Source: Alphaproteobacteria bacterium
GTDB taxonomy: Bacteria > Pseudomonadota > Alphaproteobacteria > UBA828
Assembly (NCBI GenBank): GCA_965220745.1
Contig: CBDCQT010000005.1
Span: 192,001-256,000 of the forward strand
Length of the DNA: 64,000 nt
Reading direction: 5' to 3'
Under the pieces are notes generated by a model, which was not told where the DNA came from, ran no database searches, and saw nothing but the letters and a program-made list of their open reading frames with translations. Position 1 is the stretch's first letter, and every line of letters starts with the position of its first letter. Made by a program: the position numbers and the translations under genes. This document shows, piece by piece, positions 58,345-64,000 of this stretch.

Positions 58345-58559
58345 GGCGGCGAATAAGCACTTCAATCAGTAATAGCGAAAACGAATTTACTTGCCATTGC
58401 GAGGGGCCGCCCCAGACAGCACAACGGGTAGTTGTCGGTCACGACTGTGGGTGCGGCCTTGGCGTCACAGCACTTGGCGCCGAAGAAAACCGGAGTAGTG
58501 ACCTGGATGGCAGCGAATTAGGGCAAGACAGCGGAGTCTTGAAGGACATACTTAGTCTA

Positions 58560-59324
58560 TTACTCCTTCGGCGGTGGCGCAGGAGGAGCAGCAATATTTG
58601 GTTCCTCTAGAATTTCTTTGGGATATTGCCCTATTCTCTTTTCGAATTGCGCAATATGCTGTAATTGCTCTTGAAGTTCCTCATCACCCAAAAGACGAGC
58701 CTTCCACTGTCTCTTTACTCTTTTCAGGATCGCAATTTTGATCGGCTCTCCCACTCCACCAGGAGCGTACTTGATTGTATGGTCCAGTGCCCAATAGACG
58801 CCAAACGTGGCTGCCTGAACGTCAGGCTCACCACCGGCCCATAACACTCGTCTGACAAATGCTACAAAGGGCTCTGCGAGCATTTGGCCGGAGCCCATCG
58901 CAACAAACGTTAGCTTTCCATCCTTTAGTTCAGGCTGTAAATCCGCAATCCCGTACTCGACCAAATGGGCCTTGTCTTCAATCGGCGCCGCGAGAAGAGC
59001 CCCAAAGCCGAAGCCGTTTGGTGGTCCCATGAAAGGCACGTTAGTTGATTTGAAATCTTGCATTGCGTTTGCTGAAATGCCTCGTAGGCAGTCCCACAAG
59101 CTATTCTGGAAATGATTTGCATTCCACATTAAATGGACAATATGCGCAAATCTTTGGGAAAGTCCGACGCTGCCCGAACCAGCGATGATGACTTTCTCTC
59201 CAATAATTTGGATCTTGTCTGTTGGAGTCTGGAGTAAGTGAGCTGGGCCATGTGTTGAGGTAGCCATACTGTCGGCGCCGATGACGACTCCGTCAGTACA
59301 CTTTACCCCGATAAGAACGGTCAT
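58560..59324 (-). CDS. Proteasome beta-subunit-like Ntn threonine hydrolase
   Basis: M-T1VLIGVKCTDGVVIGAD17S, DK(36)I, IAGSG, AMGSG, GGVG.PI. These match the Thr1/Asp17/Lys33 and GSG motifs of the proteasome/HslV fold. Confidence 0.82.
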   Translation of the reverse strand: MTVLIGVKCTDGVVIGADSMATSTHGPAHLLQTPTDKIQIIGEKVIIAGSGSVGLSQRFAHIVHLMWNANHFQNSLWDCLRGISANAMQDFKSTNVPFMGPPNGFGFGALLAAPIEDKAHLVEYGIADLQPELKDGKLTFVAMGSGQMLAEPFVAFVRRVLWAGGEPDVQAATFGVYWALDHTIKYAPGGVGEPIKIAILKRVKRQWKARLLGDEELQEQLQHIAQFEKRIGQYPKEILEEPNIAAPPAPPPKE

Positions 59325-59759
59325 TTAGTCCACAAATATACTGTTCTTCTTCATGTCTGGGTAAACGGCATAGATCGACTTGACCAACTCGTTGAAGCTG
59401 AGTGAGCGCACCCATTGTGAGATAGCCTCAATATACGCTCGATGCGCATCCGACAAACCATCAAGGATCGCTTCGCCGCGTTCCAAGCCCTCTCCCGAGG
59501 CTGCATACCTCTTCCATCTTCCGTTTGGTGAAGAGGTTATCTCCGCAAAGCCCCATTCGTGCAATGTTTCGGCATCCTTATAGACTTGTTTGTCGAAGGG
59601 ACCATAGTCGTATGGTTCAAATTGGTAGCACTCGCCGTCTGTGATTAGTTCCGGAACATTCTGGTCGAGGAGAAACATGGCCTTTTGAACCTGAACGGGC
59701 TGATACGCATGTCCTTCGGCAGCGGCAAGAGCGGCAAGAAGCAGATCCTCGCGCGTCAT
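59325..59759 (-). CDS. YwgA/Panacea(DUF4065, SocA)-like winged-helix protein
   Basis: VQVQKAMFLL...YQFEPYDYGPFDKQVY...L...GF; AGGAGG RBS; its TAA directly abuts the protease ATG. Confidence 0.7.
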   Translation of the reverse strand: MTREDLLLAALAAAEGHAYQPVQVQKAMFLLDQNVPELITDGECYQFEPYDYGPFDKQVYKDAETLHEWGFAEITSSPNGRWKRYAASGEGLERGEAILDGLSDAHRAYIEAISQWVRSLSFNELVKSIYAVYPDMKKNSIFVD

Positions 59760-60207
59760 GATTGCAGCCTCCTGATTCCTGCGGACGAGACAACGGGGCT
59801 GCAATCCTGTGAGGTCAGGTTCGCTGCGCGCACCATTTCTTCCGCCACGTCACGCTTTGCGTCTGGCGGGTCGCCTACGTCTGCATATCGAATTTTCATA
59901 GTCGCCACCTAGGCGACGCTCACGGCATGCCCGAGCAGGCCGGGCAAGTGCCGCTCACACCAGGGAGGTCCTGGACATAGCTAGAGCCACTGGGCCTTGG
60001 TTGTCGGCTCACCTCCACTTCGAGTGAGTCGATTCATCAGCTTCCCTCCCCAGAGTCGTTCCAAGGCGATTGTCAACCATATATTTGTGGATTGTGCAAA
60101 TGCTCTTCAAGACATGACATAGTGCGCTTTTGTGCATGATGCTGGCGAACGACGTGAGCGTAGTGATAGTCGCTCGCACCGGGGCGGTCATGGTAGGAAC
60201 GGGGTCG

Positions 60208-60284
60208 GCGCCCGTAGCTCAGCCGGATAGAGCACGAGCCTTCTAAGCTTGGGGTCGCAGGTTCGAGTCCTGCCGGGCGCGCCA
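60208..60284 (+). tRNA. tRNA-Arg (anticodon TCT)
   Basis: GCGCCCG/CGGGCGC acceptor stem, D-arm GCTC/GAGC, anticodon arm CGAGC-CTTCTAA-GCTTG, T-arm GCAGG-TTCGAGT-CCTGC, encoded CCA. Confidence 0.97.
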
Positions 60285-60324
60285 TGCCTCCACCGAACGC
60301 GCTAGAGATCAAGGGCAGCCACTG

Positions 60325-60630
60325 ATGGTCAAGAGACACCCGTCCCTAGTGCCGGTGCATCCGGGAGAGATTCTGCGGGAGGACGTTCTGCCGACGCTCG
60401 GCATGACCAAGACGGCCGTTGCCGGCGCCCTCGGAATCTCCCGGCGGACGCTCTACGACATCCTCAACGAGAAGCAGCCGGTCACGGCCGAGATGGCGGT
60501 TCGTTTCGGCAAGCTGTTCGGCAATGGCGCGGCCTTTTGGTTCAACCTGCAGCGGGCCCACGACCTGGCAATCGCGGAGCTCACGGTCGACGTGTCCGGA
60601 ATTCCGACACCCGAAACACGGGCCGGCTGA
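60325..60630 (+). CDS. higA: HigA-family addiction module antitoxin (orphan)
   Basis: PVHPGEILREDVL, ALGISRRTLYDILNEKQPVTAEMAVRFGKLFGN.A.FW.NLQ. Confidence 0.88.
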   Translation: MVKRHPSLVPVHPGEILREDVLPTLGMTKTAVAGALGISRRTLYDILNEKQPVTAEMAVRFGKLFGNGAAFWFNLQRAHDLAIAELTVDVSGIPTPETRAG

Positions 60631-60874
60631 GCGAATGATCCCCGCTCAAGAATGAGACGCGGCTGACGCTTCGTTCCGACTGTCGGCACCCGCCGCCCGT
60701 GCCGCGCTTGTGCCGCGAGCCACAGGGTCGCATACTTCCCGCTGAGCCATAAGGCGTGGAGAGGTGCTGCTCCGACGCGACGGGCGGCGCCGACGGGCGC
60801 CCTGCTCGTCGGCTCCTCCCCGATCGCATCGCGCGTGGTGCGGCACGAACGTCATAACGGGGAGGAGCAAGCTT

Positions 60875-62167
60875 ATGGTGGATCTCAAGAAGACAGGAAT
60901 TTCCAGGCGGTCCGTGCTCAAGGGCTCGGCAGCGGCCGCCGGCGTGGCGGCCGGCGCAAGCCTCGGCGGTTTCCCGACGGTCTGGTCGCAGGACATCAAG
61001 GACATCGAGATCAGTATGATCGGCACGGCGGTGACGATCTCCAGCACCTACGAGGCGATGGCCGAAGAGGCGCTGGGCTTCCAGTTCAACATGTCGGCGG
61101 TCGACCTCAACACCATCGGCCAGCGCGCCCTCACGCAGCCGAGATCGGCCGACCTGTTCGAGCCGGATCTCGAGCAGTTCCCGCAGATATTCCCGTCCGG
61201 CAACATGCAGGCGATCGACATCACCAAGCTCGAGCATTTCGACCAGCTGCTCGGGATCTACAAGAAGAGCGGCACGATCCATGCCGACGCCTGGTACGGG
61301 GACGGTATGAACCCGTCGCGCTACTGCTGGACCTCGGCCATCGACGGCAGAGACTTTGTCGAGCCGGAGTCCAGCCAATGGATGACCATCGTGCCCGGCA
61401 CCTTCAACGCCGATACCCTCGGCGCGCAGCCCGAAAAAATCGGCCGCCCGATCGAGACCTGGGCCGAGTTCGTCAACCCCGAGTTCAGCGGCAGGACGGC
61501 GCTGCAGAACTTCCCCGGCATCGGCATCATGGATATCGCCATGGCGCTCCAGGCCAACGGGGAGATCGAGTACGGCGACAAGGGCAACATGACGGTCGAC
61601 GAGATCAACTACACCTTCGACCGGCTGATCCAGCTCAAGAAGGACGGGCACTTCCGCGCCTTCTGGAGCACCTTCAACGATTCGGTCAATCTGATGACCT
61701 CCGGCGAGGTGGTGCTGCAGTCCATGTGGTCGCCGGCGGTGGCGGCGGTGCGCGCACGCGGCGTGCCCTGCATCTACCTCGACCTCAAGGAAGGCTACCG
61801 GGCCTGGGCGCTCGGCGCGATGATCCCGCGCCATGTCGAGGGCAAGAAGCTCGGCGCCCTCTACGACTACTTCAACTGGTACCACTCGGGCCCGGCCGGG
61901 GCCTACTTCTCCAAGCAGGGCTACTACATGTGCACGCCCGAGAACTCGCGCGGCTTCATGGAACCCTGGGAGTGGGATTACTGGTACGAGGGCAAGCCGG
62001 CCGAGGGCGAAGTCAAGGACCCGTTCGGCAACGTCATGGAGCAGCCCGGCCACGTCCGCGACGGCGGCTCGTTCGCGAACCGCATGGGCCGGGTCGCCGT
62101 GTGGAACTCGATCATGGACGAGAACATCCTCGTCGTGAAACGCTGGAACGAGTTCCAAACCGCATAA
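60875..62167 (+). CDS. Tat-exported ABC substrate-binding protein (PotD/PotF-like family)
   Basis: Twin-arginine signal SRRSVLK, NADTLG, GEVVLQSMWSPA, LKEGYRAW; GGAGG RBS. Confidence 0.82.
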   Translation: MVDLKKTGISRRSVLKGSAAAAGVAAGASLGGFPTVWSQDIKDIEISMIGTAVTISSTYEAMAEEALGFQFNMSAVDLNTIGQRALTQPRSADLFEPDLEQFPQIFPSGNMQAIDITKLEHFDQLLGIYKKSGTIHADAWYGDGMNPSRYCWTSAIDGRDFVEPESSQWMTIVPGTFNADTLGAQPEKIGRPIETWAEFVNPEFSGRTALQNFPGIGIMDIAMALQANGEIEYGDKGNMTVDEINYTFDRLIQLKKDGHFRAFWSTFNDSVNLMTSGEVVLQSMWSPAVAAVRARGVPCIYLDLKEGYRAWALGAMIPRHVEGKKLGALYDYFNWYHSGPAGAYFSKQGYYMCTPENSRGFMEPWEWDYWYEGKPAEGEVKDPFGNVMEQPGHVRDGGSFANRMGRVAVWNSIMDENILVVKRWNEFQTA

Positions 62168-62185
62168 GCTACATTTTCATGGTTG

Positions 62186-62218
62186 CTGCGGCGCCCTCTC
62201 GGGGCGCCGCAGTGCTTT
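62186..62218 (+). terminator. Intrinsic terminator-like hairpin between convergent genes
   Basis: CTGCGGCGCCC-tctcg-GGGCGCCGCAG perfect 11-bp stem followed by TGCTTT. Confidence 0.7.
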
Positions 62219-62225
62219 CGGGCCC

Positions 62226-62963
62226 CTATACGTGCTCGCCGCCGTTGACGTGCAGCTCACCGCCGGTGATGTAGGCGGCGGTGTCCGAGCAGAGGAAGTA
62301 GATCGCGGACGCCACCTCGGAGGGCTTGCCGAGGCGCGCCATGGGAATGGCCGGCAAGAGGTCGTTGGCCTGCGGCGAGAGGATGGGCGTGTCGATCTCC
62401 CCTGGCGCGATGGCGTTCACGCGGATGCCGAGCGGGCCGAAGTCCGCCGCCATCTCGCGGGTGAGCGCGGCGAGCGCCGCCTTGGAGGTCGAATAGGCGC
62501 TGCCGGCGAAGCGGTGAACCCGGCCGCCCGCGATCGAGGTCACGTTGACGACGCTGCCCTGGCCGCGCTTTAGCTCATCGAAGAGGCCCCGCGCCAGCGC
62601 CAGCGGTGCGTAGAAGTTGACTTGAAAGACCTCGCGCCAGAGGTCGAGGTCGGTGCTCAGGCTGTCGAGCCGGATGCCGTCCTCGCCCTTGGGCGAGATG
62701 CCCGCGTTGTTGACCAGCGCGCTCAGCGGCGCACCGTTGAGGCGAGCGCGCATCTCCTCGATGCCGCGCCCCACGTCCTCCGGGTCGGCCAGGTCGATCC
62801 TGATGTGGTCTTCGGGGCCGGCCTCCCACGGACAATCCTCCGAGAAGGCCCGGCGCGAGGCGGTGATGACTCGCCAGCCCGCCGCGCTGAAGCGCTTGAC
62901 CGTCGCGTGCCCGATCCCCTGGCTCGCGCCGGTGAGGATCAGCGTCCTCCGTTCGTCCGCCAT
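62226..62963 (-). CDS. Short-chain dehydrogenase/reductase
   Basis: TGASQGIG, NNAG, YSTSK, NAIAPG. Confidence 0.92.
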   Translation of the reverse strand: MADERRTLILTGASQGIGHATVKRFSAAGWRVITASRRAFSEDCPWEAGPEDHIRIDLADPEDVGRGIEEMRARLNGAPLSALVNNAGISPKGEDGIRLDSLSTDLDLWREVFQVNFYAPLALARGLFDELKRGQGSVVNVTSIAGGRVHRFAGSAYSTSKAALAALTREMAADFGPLGIRVNAIAPGEIDTPILSPQANDLLPAIPMARLGKPSEVASAIYFLCSDTAAYITGGELHVNGGEHV

Positions 62964-62974
62964 GGCCGTGCTCC

Positions 62975-63754
62975 CTATTCGTCGCCCTCCACCGGCATGG
63001 TGTAGTTGAGTCGCATTCGCCCCCCGTCGGCGTAGATTACCTGTCCCGTGACGTATGAGGAATCATCGCTTGCGAGAAAGACCGCGATCCCTGCGACCTC
63101 CTCCGGCTGGCCGACCCGGCCCATGGGGGTGCGGGAGAGGACCCGCCGCCGCGCCGCCTCGTCGGTGAGCAGGGAGCCCGAGAGCTCGGTGAGGATCGTG
63201 CCCGGGCCGATCGCGTTCACGCGGATGCCTTTAGGCGCGAGCGCCAGCGACATGACCGAAGTGAGCTGGTTCACCCCGCCCTTGCTCACCACGTAGGCCG
63301 CGATCGAATCGATCGCCATCTCCGCGTTGACCGACGACATGTTGACGATGCTGCCGGAGCCTGCGTCCGCCATCGCACGCGCCGCCGCCTGACCCACCAG
63401 GAAGTAGCCCCGCAGGTTGACGCGGAGCACGCGGTCGAAGTCCTCCTCGGTCACGTCGAGGAAGTCCGCGATGGTGAAGATGCCGGCGTTGTTCACCAGC
63501 ACGTCGATGCGGCCGTGGCGCGAAAGTGTCTCCGCAATCAAGGCGCGCGCCTGCGGGCCGTCGCCGGTGTCGCAGGCGACGAAGGCCGCGGCACCGCCGG
63601 CGTTGCGGATCGACTGCGCCGTGGCCTCGCCCTGCTCTTCGAGGATGTCGCCGATGACGACCGCGGCACCCTCGGCGGCGAAGCGCCGGGCGCAGGCGGC
63701 GCCGATGCCGCGGGCAGCCCCGGTCACCACCGCGATCTTGCCTTCGAGCCTCAT
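62975..63754 (-). CDS. Short-chain dehydrogenase/reductase
   Basis: TGAARGIG, NNAG, YVVSK, NAIGPG; ATG 63754 overlaps the upstream stop. Confidence 0.92.
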   Translation of the reverse strand: MRLEGKIAVVTGAARGIGAACARRFAAEGAAVVIGDILEEQGEATAQSIRNAGGAAAFVACDTGDGPQARALIAETLSRHGRIDVLVNNAGIFTIADFLDVTEEDFDRVLRVNLRGYFLVGQAAARAMADAGSGSIVNMSSVNAEMAIDSIAAYVVSKGGVNQLTSVMSLALAPKGIRVNAIGPGTILTELSGSLLTDEAARRRVLSRTPMGRVGQPEEVAGIAVFLASDDSSYVTGQVIYADGGRMRLNYTMPVEGDE

Positions 63755-64000
63755 TCCGCCTCCGCCCCCGGCCGGAACAGGTTGACGATGTGGCGGGCGA
63801 TCTCCTCGGCCGTGTCCTCGCCCGGCCTGTACCACGCGATCGACCAGGCCATGGCGCCGATCAGCGCCAGCCGAAAATACTTGCGGCTCGTGCCCTCCGG
63901 CAGCGGCAGGTCGTCGATCAGCGTGCGAAAGACGTTCTCGTAGTCGTCGCGCTCCTCGATCATGCGCGCGCGGAGCTTCGGCGAATGCCGGCGCGGGAAC
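63751..64000 (-). CDS. TetR/AcrR-family regulator, C-terminal part (5' end beyond the window)
   Basis: ERDDYENVFRTLI...LIGAMAWSIAWYRPG..TAEEIA resembles TetR C-terminal domains; the frame is open to the window edge. Confidence 0.65.
   Translation of the reverse strand, partial: FPRRHSPKLRARMIEERDDYENVFRTLIDDLPLPEGTSRKYFRLALIGAMAWSIAWYRPGEDTAEEIARHIVNLFRPGAEAE

Larger units (their letters stand above)
58345..60200. mobile_element. Low-GC islet adjacent to the 5' side of tRNA-Arg (no integrase or att repeats seen)
   Basis: Abrupt shift to AT-richer sequence and codon usage right after the aminotransferase stop, returning to high GC at the tRNA. Confidence 0.55.

Noticed and set aside
58560-59324. 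Calling the protease hslV or anbu
   Set aside because: No hslU or Anbu-operon partners are present, it is longer than HslV, and its N-terminus and low-GC context differ; left as an unassigned proteasome-like protein.
60009-60339. Short minus-strand ORFs (60 and 88 aa)
   Set aside because: One overlaps the tRNA antisense; neither has recognisable motifs or a clear RBS.

Overview
High-GC alphaproteobacterial chromosome segment (Rhodospirillales-like gene order; inferred). The backbone is housekeeping: uvrA/ssb, gyrA-coaD-queA-tgt, gltDB, uppP, rnd, ffh-rpsP-rimM-trmD-rplS-leuCD, yggT-folD, glnB-glnA-argG and tRNA-Arg(TCT). Accessory blocks are: (1) a ~16 kb type I PKS locus at 19.0-35.0 kb. 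Its 3455-aa KS-AT-DH-cMT-ER-KR-ACP-KS-AT(inactive) synthase, NCS2 permease, alpha/beta-hydrolase, free ACP and PPTase match the sponge-symbiont 'sup' cluster linked to methyl-branched fatty acids. (2) An amino-acid uptake and catabolism block at 42-51 kb. (3) An Xre/MbcA-RES toxin-antitoxin pair whose toxin carries an in-frame TGA. (4) A low-GC islet beside the tRNA with a translationally coupled pair: a YwgA/Panacea(SocA)-like protein and a proteasome-beta-like Thr-protease with an intact catalytic motif set. This is the best candidate for an undescribed system. (5) An orphan HigA. All calls rest on motif recognition by eye; no database searches were run.
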